Shown in pieces: positions 30,593 through 40,324 of a stretch of DNA of 64,000 bases. This DNA comes from an uncultured Actinomycetota bacterium (GTDB lineage Bacteria > Actinomycetota > Actinomycetes > Nanopelagicales > Nanopelagicaceae): positions 3,423 to 67,422 of the forward strand of contig CAVQBB010000006.1 of assembly GCA_963710655.1 (NCBI GenBank), read 5' to 3'. Positions within the stretch are counted from its first letter, which is position 1. Each line of letters begins with the position of its first letter. The translations under genes and the position numbers were made by a program. The notes under the pieces are model-generated. The model did no database searches. It saw only the letters and a program-made list of their open reading frames with translations, and was not told the DNA's origin.

Positions 30593-31432
30593 ATGCTGAT
30601 CCTCGCCTGCGGTCCTCTCGGAAATGTCGGGGATACCACTGCGCGGATTAAATCGATTCTGGAGAGCGTGCCGTATATCGCTGCCGAGGATTCTCGGAAA
30701 TTGAGTCGTCTGACAAGTGATTTAGGAATTCGGTACTCAGGAAAGGTCATCTCATATTTCGAGGGCAATGAGAGTGAGCGGTTGGAGCAACTCACAGAGA
30801 TTTTGACGAGCGGCAATGATCTGTTGGTCATCACAGATGCTGGCGCTCCAGGGATCAGTGACCCTGGATATCGCCTTATTCGAGTAGCGGTAGAACATGG
30901 GATCGATATTCAGGTCCTCCCGGGCCCAAGCGCTGTCACAACTGCTCTGCTGCTCTCTGGATTGCCCACCGATCGTTTCTGCTTTGAGGGTTTCGCACCT
31001 CGTAGCTCAGGGGCGCGTCAGAGTTGGTATGAAAAATTGAGCAACGAAGAGCGGACCATTATTTTCTTTGAGGCCCCACATCGATTGCAGGAATCATTAG
31101 CGGATGCGCTCGCCAGTATCGGAGCCACACGCCGTGGCGCGATTTGTCGAGAGATGACGAAGACGTATGAGGAGATCATTCGAGGCACAGTTGCAGAACT
31201 TCTGGAATGGAGTCTCGATCGAGAGATATTGGGCGAGATAACGATTGTTCTTGAGGGTTTTGATCCGACCTCACAAAGTTATAGTGCTGGACAACTAGTT
31301 GAGATGGTCCGCCTTCGCGAGGCAGCCGGAGAATCGCGTAAAGATGCCATATCTGCGCTCGCCAAAGAGCTTAACCTGCCAAAGCGGATCGTCTTTGATG
31401 CCATGGTCAGTGCGAAGCCCGCTGAAAGATAA
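30593..31432 (+). CDS. rsmI: 16S rRNA (cytidine1402-2'-O)-methyltransferase
   Basis: GPLGNVGDTTARI...IAAEDSR...ITDAGAPGISDPGYRLI. I prefer the ATG at 30593 over the TTG at 30554. Confidence 0.85.
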   Translation: MLILACGPLGNVGDTTARIKSILESVPYIAAEDSRKLSRLTSDLGIRYSGKVISYFEGNESERLEQLTEILTSGNDLLVITDAGAPGISDPGYRLIRVAVEHGIDIQVLPGPSAVTTALLLSGLPTDRFCFEGFAPRSSGARQSWYEKLSNEERTIIFFEAPHRLQESLADALASIGATRRGAICREMTKTYEEIIRGTVAELLEWSLDREILGEITIVLEGFDPTSQSYSAGQLVEMVRLREAAGESRKDAISALAKELNLPKRIVFDAMVSAKPAER

Positions 31433-31441
31433 GATCGCCCT

Positions 31442-33007
31442 ATGAGCGCCGATTCCAACTCTTTTTACCTGACGACGCCGATTTACTATGCAAATGATGC
31501 TCCGCATATTGGTCATGCCTACACGACCGTCGCCGGAGATGTATTGACTCGCTGGCATCGCCAGCGTGGAGAGTCGGTCTGGTTTTTAACAGGTACCGAT
31601 GAGCACGGCCAAAAGATAATGAACACCGCTGATGCAAACGGAGTTTCGCCTCAAGAATGGTGTGATCGTCTCGTTGAGACTGCATGGAAGCCAACCTGGT
31701 CGAGTTTGAATATTGCGTACGACGATTTCATTCGCACGACCGAATCTCGTCACACGGAGAGAGTTCAGCGCTTCCTCACTCAACTAAAGGATGCTGGACA
31801 TATTTACTCAGGTAAGTATGAAGGTCCTTATTGCGTGGGTTGCGAAGAATTTAAATTGCCTGCTGATCTCGATGATGGCAAGTGCCAGATCCATGGCACA
31901 GTTGCCGAGATTGTGAGTGAAGAGAATTGGTTCTTCAGATTGAGTGCCTTTGTTCCGCAACTTTTGGCGCATTATGAAGAACATCCTGAGGCCTGTGAAC
32001 CTGCAAGTGTTAGAAATGAAGTCTTATCATTTCTCCAAAGCGGGGTTCAGGATTTATCTATCTCACGATCATCACTCGATTGGGGCATTCCTGTCCCATG
32101 GGACACCAAGCAGGTCATTTACGTCTGGTTTGATGCACTTTTAAATTACGGCACCGCAGTTGGGTTAGGTGATCCTGCCGACTCAGAGGGTGGACGCAAA
32201 TTTGCGGAAGTATGGCCTCCAGATGTTCACTTAATTGGAAAAGAGATCTCACGCTTTCACGCCGTGATCTGGCCAGCAATGTTGATGGCAGCGAATCTGC
32301 CACTTCCGAAGAAGGTATTTGCTCATGGCTGGTTGTTAGTGGGCGGCGAAAAGATGAGCAAATCCAAGTTAACCGGAATTGTTCCCGCCGACATCACAAG
32401 CCATTTTGGCGTAGACGCATTCCGCTATTACTTCCTGCGCGCAATTCCTTTTGGAAGCGATGGATCTTTCTCGTGGGAAGATATGTCAGCGCGCTATACA
32501 TCTGAACTTGCAAATGACTTTGGAAACTTGGCTTCGCGCTTGATTGCGATGATCGAGAAATATTGCGATGGATTGATTCCCGCTGTGGCGAGGGATGAAT
32601 CCTTGGCTGGTGCTTTGAGCGCTGCTGTCGCAACCGCTGACAGCGCTATTGAAGTTCTAGATTTCCAGACCGCGATTAATTCCATCATGGAATTTTGTAA
32701 GCGGGTAAATGGCTACGTCACAGAGCAACAACCATGGGTGTTAGCTAAAGACCCTGCAAATAAGGTCGAACTAGAAAAGGTTTTGTACAACACTGCGGAT
32801 TCAATTCGTGCACTGGCGGTCTTGCTCCATCCGTTCATGCCTGCGACGACAGAAATCTTGTGGGAGAGCTTGGGAGCCAACGAGACGCTAGGTGATATTT
32901 CGCAGCAACGCATTGCGGATGTGGCGCGCTTTGGTCAATTGCCTACTGGTTCTAAGGTCACGAAAGGTGCAGTTCTCTTCCCACGGCTTGAAGAAAAAGC
33001 AGAGTAG
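31442..33007 (+). CDS. metG: Methionine--tRNA ligase
   Basis: Carries the class I motifs PHIGHAYT and KMSKSK. Confidence 0.95.
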   Translation: MSADSNSFYLTTPIYYANDAPHIGHAYTTVAGDVLTRWHRQRGESVWFLTGTDEHGQKIMNTADANGVSPQEWCDRLVETAWKPTWSSLNIAYDDFIRTTESRHTERVQRFLTQLKDAGHIYSGKYEGPYCVGCEEFKLPADLDDGKCQIHGTVAEIVSEENWFFRLSAFVPQLLAHYEEHPEACEPASVRNEVLSFLQSGVQDLSISRSSLDWGIPVPWDTKQVIYVWFDALLNYGTAVGLGDPADSEGGRKFAEVWPPDVHLIGKEISRFHAVIWPAMLMAANLPLPKKVFAHGWLLVGGEKMSKSKLTGIVPADITSHFGVDAFRYYFLRAIPFGSDGSFSWEDMSARYTSELANDFGNLASRLIAMIEKYCDGLIPAVARDESLAGALSAAVATADSAIEVLDFQTAINSIMEFCKRVNGYVTEQQPWVLAKDPANKVELEKVLYNTADSIRALAVLLHPFMPATTEILWESLGANETLGDISQQRIADVARFGQLPTGSKVTKGAVLFPRLEEKAE

Positions 33008-33865
33008 ATGTCTGACCGCCATTCTTTAAAAGAGCCTCGTCCAGATGCTCCTGTTCCAGAACCGCTCAATCGTCCATGTATTGATGTGCATGCCCACATA
33101 GAACTGGTTACAGAGAGTGAGCCAGATGCCCCAGAGATTCGCGAACTGCTTGCTGCCGCGGCACGAGCTGGGATAGATCGAGTTGTTCAAGTGGGGTACT
33201 CCGCCGAACAATCTCGTTGGGGCGTTAAGTGTGCTGAAAGTTTCCCGGGTCAAGTATTAGCAGCAGTGGCGCTTCACCCTAATGAAGCACCCGTCGTTGA
33301 AGATTTAGAGGGAGACCTTGCGGTTATTGAAGAGCTCGCAACTCACCCTCGGGTTCGCGCCATTGGAGAGACTGGGCTTGATTTCTTTAGGACCGAGCCA
33401 GAGTTACGCGATCGACAGATTTACTCGTTTAAGAGGCATATTGCACTCGCAAAGAAAGTTAATAAAGCGTTGGTAATTCATGATCGCAATGCCCACCGCG
33501 CCGTCCTGGATACTTTGCTTGAAGTTGGCGCACCAGCCTCCACGATTTTTCATTGCTACTCCGGTGATGCAGAGATGGCGCGTGAGTGCATAGAGGCTGG
33601 ATATATCTTGTCGTTTGCAGGCACCGTGACATTTAAGAATGCACCAGAGTTACGTGAAGCCGCCAAACTAGTTCCAGTTGAGCAACTTCTAATAGAGACC
33701 GATTCTCCATTCTTGGCACCTGCTCCTCATCGCGGAACACTCAATACTCCTGCGCAAGTCGCAAACATTATTAGGTTTGTTGCAGATCTACGCGATGTCA
33801 GCGTCGATTACTTATGTGACCAAGTTACTGAAAATGCGCTGCGTTTATTCGGAAGTTTCGAGTAA
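33008..33865 (+). CDS. tatD: TatD-family metal-dependent hydrolase
   Basis: Contains IDVHAHIE and IGETGLDF. It directly abuts the metG stop. Confidence 0.9.
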   Translation: MSDRHSLKEPRPDAPVPEPLNRPCIDVHAHIELVTESEPDAPEIRELLAAAARAGIDRVVQVGYSAEQSRWGVKCAESFPGQVLAAVALHPNEAPVVEDLEGDLAVIEELATHPRVRAIGETGLDFFRTEPELRDRQIYSFKRHIALAKKVNKALVIHDRNAHRAVLDTLLEVGAPASTIFHCYSGDAEMARECIEAGYILSFAGTVTFKNAPELREAAKLVPVEQLLIETDSPFLAPAPHRGTLNTPAQVANIIRFVADLRDVSVDYLCDQVTENALRLFGSFE

Positions 33866-34698
33866 TGACCACGCTGCTCGGTGCGGCAGAGATTCGGGAG
33901 ATTGCGGCTCGCATCGGAGTTAGCCCAACTAAGAAGTTGGGACAAAATTTTGTTGTTGATGCAAATACCTGTCGTCGCATCGTAAAAGTTGCTGATGTTA
34001 ATTCAGATGATGTCGCTCTAGAGATCGGCCCAGGCTTAGGTTCACTCACCTTGGCGCTACTTGAAATTGCCAAATCTGTTATGGCAGTTGAGATTGATCC
34101 CCGATTAGCACAAGAGTTACCCAACACTGCAGCTACCCACGGATTTGAAAGCGAACGATTGATAGTGGTGAATGAGGATGCACTTACAACAGAGTCGCTT
34201 CCATTGGATCCAACGATTCTCGTCGCCAATTTGCCGTACAACGTTTCGGTTCCAGTGCTGCTGCATTTTCTGCAGAAATTTCCAACAATCCGATCGGGCG
34301 TAGTGATGGTGCAGAGTGAGGTAGCGGATCGCTTGATTGCAAAGCCGGGGAGCAAGACCTATGGCTCGCCATCAGTAAAAGCCACCTGGTGGGCAGATAT
34401 GAGTGGGGCGGGAAACGTTGCCCGACAAGTCTTCTGGCCAATTCCTAATGTGGACTCTTCGCTGGTGCGATTTGTGAGGCATGAAGCGGCGGGCGATGAA
34501 GCGCAGCGGGCCCTGACTTTTTCGGTGATCGATGCCGCCTTTGCACAACGGCGCAAGATGCTCCGCGGTGCTCTCTCTGAGCTTTTTTCGGGGGAGGCAG
34601 AGGCCATGATTACTAAGGCTGGGATAGATCCCACTGCCCGAGGTGAGACATTGCTTCTCCGCGACTTTATGGCGATTGCCAATACGCTAGAGCCATGA
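33865..34698 (+). CDS. rsmA: 16S rRNA (adenine1518/1519-N6)-dimethyltransferase
   Basis: Contains LGQNFVVD and the EIGPGLGSLT SAM motif. The start overlaps the tatD stop. Confidence 0.9.
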   Translation: MTTLLGAAEIREIAARIGVSPTKKLGQNFVVDANTCRRIVKVADVNSDDVALEIGPGLGSLTLALLEIAKSVMAVEIDPRLAQELPNTAATHGFESERLIVVNEDALTTESLPLDPTILVANLPYNVSVPVLLHFLQKFPTIRSGVVMVQSEVADRLIAKPGSKTYGSPSVKATWWADMSGAGNVARQVFWPIPNVDSSLVRFVRHEAAGDEAQRALTFSVIDAAFAQRRKMLRGALSELFSGEAEAMITKAGIDPTARGETLLLRDFMAIANTLEP

Positions 34699-35615
34699 GG
34701 CGCAACGGAGTAGTCGTGCGAGTTCCCGGGAAGGTGAACTTGCAACTCTCTGTCGGTCCGTTGGAGTCAGATGGCTATCACGAGGTCACTACTGTCTTTC
34801 AAGCAATTGCGGTCTATGACGATGTAGCAGTGAAATTCGCAGAACCAGGTTCTGGAATTACATTGACCGTTGCTGGACCAACTGCATCAGGAGTCCCTGT
34901 TGATTCCTCCAACCTCGCGTATCGCGCGGCGCAGTTAATGATCGATCTGCATGATCTGGATTCTGATATCTCGATTCATATTAAAAAAGAGATTCCGGTT
35001 GCTGGGGGAATGGCTGGCGGAAGTGCCGATGCAGCCGCTGTCATCGTTGCATTCGATGCTCTCTTTGAACTTGGGTTATCGCGAGATGGCATGGAGAAGA
35101 TAGGTGCGCAATTAGGTAGTGATGTTCCATTTGCAATCACGGGTGGAATTGCCATTGGTCGGGGACATGGAGATCAATTGACACCAGTGTTGGCTCGCGG
35201 AAGTTATAACTGGGTACTAGCGATGGCGCCTCAAGGTTTATCTACTCAATCGGTTTATGGCGAGTGTGATCGACTCCGTACCGGACTAGATATTGCTCGG
35301 CCTCAGGTCTCCGATCAGATCTTGCAGGCCTTGCGTGCCGGCGATGCCGAGCTGGTGGGCAAGTCGCTCTCCAATGATCTTCAAGCGGCTGCCTGTTCCC
35401 TAAGACCTGCACTTCGACTGGTTCTTGATGTGGGTATCGATTATGGAGCACTGGGTGCGGTGGTTTCAGGAAGCGGTCCAACGGTTGCCTTCTTGGTCGC
35501 TGATGAAGAACGAGCCCTAGACCTAACTGTGGCCTTAAGTGCCAGCGGGGTAGTGGCTGGGGTTATTAGAGCCACTGGGCCAACCCATGGCGCTCGCGTC
35601 ATAGAGACCCTCTAG
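34695..35615 (+). CDS. ispE: 4-diphosphocytidyl-2-C-methyl-D-erythritol kinase
   Basis: Contains the GHMP kinase motif PVAGGMAGGSADAAA. ATGA overlap with rsmA. Confidence 0.9.
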   Translation: MRRNGVVVRVPGKVNLQLSVGPLESDGYHEVTTVFQAIAVYDDVAVKFAEPGSGITLTVAGPTASGVPVDSSNLAYRAAQLMIDLHDLDSDISIHIKKEIPVAGGMAGGSADAAAVIVAFDALFELGLSRDGMEKIGAQLGSDVPFAITGGIAIGRGHGDQLTPVLARGSYNWVLAMAPQGLSTQSVYGECDRLRTGLDIARPQVSDQILQALRAGDAELVGKSLSNDLQAAACSLRPALRLVLDVGIDYGALGAVVSGSGPTVAFLVADEERALDLTVALSASGVVAGVIRATGPTHGARVIETL

Positions 35616-35745
35616 AACCCTGTAAAACCAAGTAAAACCCTGCAAAACCAGGCTTGGGCCTCCAGCAACCTTCAGATGCTTATTCTCGCCACCCCATAAT
35701 TTCTGCGTATTTGTCGCATTGGCAGTTATAAGGGAGAATTCAGGT

Positions 35746-35817
35746 TCCGCCATTGTGTAGTGGCTAGCACATGGGCCTTTGAAGCCCAGGGTCCAGGATC
35801 GATACCTGGTGGCGGAG
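35746..35817 (+). tRNA. tRNA-Gln (anticodon TTG)
   Basis: Folded by hand: acceptor TCCGCCA/TGGCGGA (U1-A72), discriminator G, anticodon stem TGGGC/GCCCA with loop CTTTGAA. The T arm is CCAGG-ATCGATA-CCTGG, which has an unusual A at position 54. Confidence 0.8.
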
Positions 35818-35886
35818 CGAGGCGAAGCCACTGAACAATTAGTGGCGGAGCGAGGCGAAGCCACCCGAGTTAGGGATGGCGGAGCC
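35809..35886 (+). repeat. Two full copies and one partial copy of the tRNA-Gln 3' end (GTGGCGGAGCGAGGCGAAGCCAC, 33-nt period)
   Basis: Copy 1 is 35809-35831 and overlaps the tRNA 3' end. Copy 2 is 35842-35864. The partial TGGCGGAGCC is at 35877-35886. Each full copy can form a GTGGC...GCCAC hairpin. Confidence 0.7.
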
Positions 35887-35918
35887 ATTAAGCCGCCGAA
35901 GAAGTGAGGGGGAGAGCA

Positions 35919-37368
35919 GTGAAGCAGCTCGACCTCGTTATCGTCTTAGCTGCCGGCGAGGGAACTCGCATGAAATCTGCGCTTCCTAAAGTCCTCCATC
36001 CCATTGCTGGACATCCCATCCTTGATCACGTCATCAATGCGACCACCCCGTTAAGCGCGCAGGAACTGCGGGTCGTCGTTGGATCCTCCCGCGAACTAGT
36101 TGAGCAACACCTTCAATCTAAATTTCCGCAGGCCACCATCGTGGTTCAGGAACAGCGCAATGGAACTGGGCATGCAGTCCAAGTAGCCCTTGAAGGGGCG
36201 CCGCAAAGTGGCTCAGTTTTGATTTTGGCGGGGGATACACCGCTTCTCACCTCAGTAACCCTTCAGGAGTTTTTCGATGCTCATACTGGGCTTGAGGTCC
36301 AAGCATCGGTGCTTTCCGCGCTGGTGCCGGACCCATTTGGCTATGGCCGAATCGTTCGCTCGGAAGATGGCGGGCTTGAGGGAATCGTTGAGGAACGGGA
36401 TGCAGACCCGCTCCAAAAAGAGATCGATGAAATCAATACCGGGGTCTATCTCTTCGACATTGCGGTGCTTCGCAATGCGCTCGCTGGTCTTAAAACCAAT
36501 AATTCTCAAGGCGAGCTTTACTTGACCGATGTCCTGGCTCTGATCAAAGAGGGTGGGGGTAGCGCAATTGCTATCCGCTCCAACGATTACACCGAAACTC
36601 TGGGAATTAACGACCGTAGTCAGTTGGCCGAGTGCGCCGCGATCATGCGAGATCGCATCAATGACTCTTATATGAAAAACGGGGTCAGCATCATTGACCC
36701 AACCACCACCTGGATCGATCTTGGGGTAGAGATTGCTCCTGATGTCACGATCCTTCCTGGAACCGCTCTTAGCGGAACTACCAAGATAGCGACGGGCGCA
36801 ACGATTGGTCCGCGGACCACACTCAGTAGCGTTGAGGTGGGTGCTGGAGCAAGCGTCATCGAGAGCCGCGCCGCTGACTCGGTGATTGGCGCAGGGGCCA
36901 ATGTGGGTCCATTTAGCCTTTATCCGTCCCGGAACCAAACTTGCCGAAGGCAGCAAGGTCGGCGCTTATGTCGAGGTAAAGAATTCAAGTATCGGCGCTG
37001 GTTCCAAGGTGCCCCACCTTTCCTACGTTGGCGATGCCACCATCGGTTCTGGAACCAATATCGGCGCGGCCACCATCTTTGTGAACTATGACGGCGTGGA
37101 GAAGCACGAGACGACTATCGGAAACGATGTCCGCATTGGTAGCGACACCATGTTGGTGGCTCCCATCACCGTGGGCGACGGCGCCTACACCGCCGCCGGT
37201 TCGGTTATTACTGAGGACGTTCCAGCAGGTTCAATCGGAGTTGCTAGGGCAAAACAGAGAAATGTCTTAGGGTGGGTTCTGCGTAAGCGGGCGGGCTCGA
37301 AGTCGGCCGAATCTGCCAAGAAAGCCGGAGCCACTGATGGCTCTACCAAAGTACAGGGGGAAGCATGA
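35919..37368 (+). pseudogene. glmU: Bifunctional GlcNAc-1-P uridyltransferase / GlcN-1-P acetyltransferase GlmU, one frame break as assembled (possible sequencing indel)
   Basis: LAAGEGTRMKS at the N-terminus. The LbH repeats run in frame 3 up to ...GANVGPF and then continue in frame 1 as A(F)[21 protein letters not shown].... The junction is at about 36914-36916. The likely start is the GTG at 35919 behind GAGGGGGA. Confidence 0.85.
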
Positions 37369-38345
37369 GCGAACTTCGACTTAGCTCGGAAAAGCGATTA
37401 CGGATCTTCACCGGTCGCGGATACCCTGAGTTAGCAGAAGATGTCGCCGCCGAACTAGGCATTCCCATCACACCAACCTCCGCTTATGACTTTGCAAATG
37501 GTGAGATCTTTGTTCGCTTTGAAGAATCCGTTCGTGGTTCTGATGCCTTCGTTATTCAAAGTCACGCTGCACCCGTTAACAAGCAGATCATGGAACAACT
37601 CATCATGGTCGATGCTCTTAAGCGCGCATCTGCAAAGCGCATCACCGTCGTTGCTCCCTTTTATGGCTATGCCCGTCAAGATAAGAAGCACCGTGGACGC
37701 GAGCCAATATCTGCTCGATTGATGGCAGATCTCTTCAAGACCGCTGGTGCAGATCGTTTGATGGTGGTCGATCTACATACCTCACAGATCCAAGGTTTCT
37801 TTGATGGTCCAGTGGATCATCTCTTTGCTCTTCCTCTTCTTACAAACTATGTAGGAAGCAAGGTTGATCGCTCACGTTTAACTATCGTCTCTCCTGACTC
37901 TGGTCGAGTCCGCGTTGCTGAGCGTTGGTCAGATATGTTGGGTGGAGCTCCAATCGCATTCATTCATAAGACTCGCGATCCACGAATTCCAAATGAATCT
38001 GTAACCGGTCGCGTGGTCGGTGATGTTCAAGGTCAGACATGTGTTGTGATCGATGACATGATCGATACTGCAGGAACAATCACAAAGGCAGTAGATGCCC
38101 TCTTCGATGAAGGCGCATCAGAAGTCATAGTTGCTGCTACTCACGCGGTCTTGTCAGGTCCTGCCGTTGAGCGTCTGCGCAATTCACGAGTCAGTGAAGT
38201 CGTTGTAACTAATACTCTGCCAATCGCAGAGGAATCTCGCTTTGAAAAATTGACGGTTCTCTCGATTGCTCCATTATTGGGACGCGCGATTCGTGAAGTA
38301 TTTGAAGATGGCTCAGTTACTAGCCTCTTCGATGGTCATTCCTAA
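37365..38345 (+). CDS. prs: Ribose-phosphate pyrophosphokinase
   Basis: Contains the PRPP-binding motif [15 protein letters not shown] overlap with glmU. Confidence 0.95.
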   Translation: MSELRLSSEKRLRIFTGRGYPELAEDVAAELGIPITPTSAYDFANGEIFVRFEESVRGSDAFVIQSHAAPVNKQIMEQLIMVDALKRASAKRITVVAPFYGYARQDKKHRGREPISARLMADLFKTAGADRLMVVDLHTSQIQGFFDGPVDHLFALPLLTNYVGSKVDRSRLTIVSPDSGRVRVAERWSDMLGGAPIAFIHKTRDPRIPNESVTGRVVGDVQGQTCVVIDDMIDTAGTITKAVDALFDEGASEVIVAATHAVLSGPAVERLRNSRVSEVVVTNTLPIAEESRFEKLTVLSIAPLLGRAIREVFEDGSVTSLFDGHS

Positions 38346-38513
38346 GAAATAGGCGATTTATAAGGCATTTATAGGCCCTTTTCTAGGCAATTTGTTATAA
38401 CCACCCTTAATTCGCTAACCTTAGGCTTCGTTCCGGCGAGGGATAGAAATATCCGTGATCGACGGTCTCTCTCTTGGAACGTGTTGTGTCCGTTCACTAC
38501 AAGGGAGTTTTAA

Positions 38514-39116
38514 ATGGCCGAGATTCAAATCAACGGTAGCAAGCGCACCAATTTTGGTAAGGGTGCTTCACGCCGCGATCGTAAGGCTGGTTTAGTTCCT
38601 GCCGTTATCTATGGTCACAATGCAGAGCCACAACACATCGCTCTTCCATCACGCGAGTTGGCAACAGCCCTCAAGGCATCAAACGTTCTTCTTAACGTTA
38701 GCTTTGATGGAAAGTCAGAGCTCGTCCTTCCAAAGTCAGTCTCAAAGAACCCATTGACCGGAATCTTCGAGCACATCGATCTTCTCGTTGTTCGCAAGGG
38801 TGAGAAGGTAACTGTCGAAGTTCCAGTTCACACTGAGGGTCAGTTCGATAAGGATGGAATCCTTGAGCATGTAAACAACACCATCGAAGTAGAAGCAGAA
38901 GCAACTTCGATCCCATCATTCTTGGTACTTGATCTCACCGGCATGCCTGCTGGAACAAGCAAGACCGCTGCCGATGTTCAACTCCCTGCCGGAACAACAC
39001 TTGTCTCTGATCCAGAGCTCGTTGTAGTTCACTTGTCAGAGCGTTCAACTTCATCTGACACAGAGACAGCTGCAGCACCTGCTGCTGATGCAGCCGCAGC
39101 TGCTCCAAAAGAATAA
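38514..39116 (+). CDS. rplY: 50S ribosomal protein L25 / general stress protein Ctc
   Basis: Long-form L25 with an acidic, Ala-rich tail. Its position between prs and pth is conserved. Confidence 0.9.
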   Translation: MAEIQINGSKRTNFGKGASRRDRKAGLVPAVIYGHNAEPQHIALPSRELATALKASNVLLNVSFDGKSELVLPKSVSKNPLTGIFEHIDLLVVRKGEKVTVEVPVHTEGQFDKDGILEHVNNTIEVEAEATSIPSFLVLDLTGMPAGTSKTAADVQLPAGTTLVSDPELVVVHLSERSTSSDTETAAAPAADAAAAAPKE

Positions 39117-39137
39117 GTAGCGACTTAACACTTCACC

Positions 39138-39703
39138 ATGGCTGATCGCTGGCTGGTTTTCGGACTCGGAAACCCCGGCGATCAATATGCCAAAACTCGC
39201 CATAACATCGGTCAGATGGTTATGAATTATCTGGCGAGTAATTCAAAATTCACTTCCCATAAATCTCGCACTGAGATCGCCGATATCTATCTTGGGGCAG
39301 ATTCCTCTCACTGTTGCAAAATCAAAGTTGTATATGAATGAATCTGGTGCGCCTCTCAAAGCACTTGCCGATTTCTACAAAGTTCCAGTCGAGCGACGTA
39401 ATCGTCGTCCAAGATGAGATCGATCTTCCTTTCGGTGCAATCCGCATCAAGCAAGGCGGTGGCGACAACGGCCACAATGGCCTTAAAGACATCACCAAAA
39501 ATTTCGCGGGTCCTGACTACTTCCGTGTTCGCCTCGGCGTTGGACGTCCTTCTGGCCCACAAGCTCCAGCCGACTGGGTTTTAAAGCCTTTCTCAAGTGC
39601 AGAACAGAAAGAGCTTCCTGATTTCATCGCAAGAAGTGCCCAAGCTGTTGAGTGCCTAATTGAAAAAGGTTTGATGCAGGCGCAACAGGAATTTAATAGC
39701 TAG
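39138..39703 (+). pseudogene. pth: Peptidyl-tRNA hydrolase, two +1 frame breaks as assembled (possible sequencing indels)
   Basis: [18 protein letters not shown] in frame A; [33 protein letters not shown] in frame A+1; DVIVVQDEIDLPFGAIRIKQGGGDNGHNGLKDI in frame A+2. The breaks lie at about 39294-39297 (GGGG run) and 39391-39399. Confidence 0.85.
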
Positions 39704-40242
39704 AGCAGCACCAACTCAGTACACAGCCAGCGCTTATCTACGCCTTCAAATCTCAGCACTAGTGAGCGCACTCGATCGTTGAATCTCAGGGTGACCGTAG
39801 TTTCCGCTACTCCCTCGATTGGCTCGGTGATGTAGATCTTCCGAATCTTTGGAATTTCGCGATGACTACCTGCCGCCGCCGTGATCTTCGAGTAAACAAT
39901 TCTGTGCGAGAGTCGGGCTAGTTGCATTGGTTGTCGCCTTCCACCCCAGATTTCCACTATTCCAAGTACGTATCGATGCACTGTTTCTTTAAGTGGAGGT
40001 AGTTCAGAAAGCGGTGATGGTTTCGGTAGGTACTCGCTGTCGACATCTTCCCCTTCAAGATGTTGTGGAGTTGGTACAAGGAAGAGCTTTCGAGCACTCT
40101 CTTGAACTTTAAGGTCAACTGGCGTGAGAAGTTGAAGAGTTGGTGCAATTCGAAGATCGACACTGGGCTCTAATTGACCGGGTCTTGGAAATCGGATGAT
40201 TCGAGGTGTTAAATCGCTGCTCCGTAATTGTTCTGCGCTCAT
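39700..40242 (-). CDS. Rv3235-family conserved actinobacterial protein
   Basis: The C-terminal pattern ...VLGIVEIWGGRRQPMQLARL...RVRSLVLRFEGVDKRWLCTELVLL matches my memory of the Rv3235 family (the ...RW.CT.L ending). Confidence 0.55.
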   Translation of the reverse strand: MSAEQLRSSDLTPRIIRFPRPGQLEPSVDLRIAPTLQLLTPVDLKVQESARKLFLVPTPQHLEGEDVDSEYLPKPSPLSELPPLKETVHRYVLGIVEIWGGRRQPMQLARLSHRIVYSKITAAAGSHREIPKIRKIYITEPIEGVAETTVTLRFNDRVRSLVLRFEGVDKRWLCTELVLL

Positions 40243-40324
40243 GGGGCAAAACTCTCACCTCGCCCACCAATTCAAATCATCCGAAAGGATGAAAAAGGAG
40301 TGTGGATAAAGAAACGCAGATTTA

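Noticed and set aside
33825-34355. 176-aa ORF antisense to rsmA
   Set aside because: Same reasoning. rsmA on the plus strand has unambiguous motifs, and the antisense product is Ser/Thr/Arg-rich noise.
36252-36956. 234-aa ORF antisense to glmU
   Set aside because: It lies entirely inside a gene with clear GlmU motifs on the other strand. Its product is low-complexity with no recognisable motif, RBS or independent start context.
36886-37368. Independent 160-aa acetyltransferase gene, and similarly 39338..39703 as an independent gene
   Set aside because: Both are the displaced C-terminal parts of glmU and pth. Their apparent Met starts fall inside conserved domains, and the upstream frames continue the same protein.
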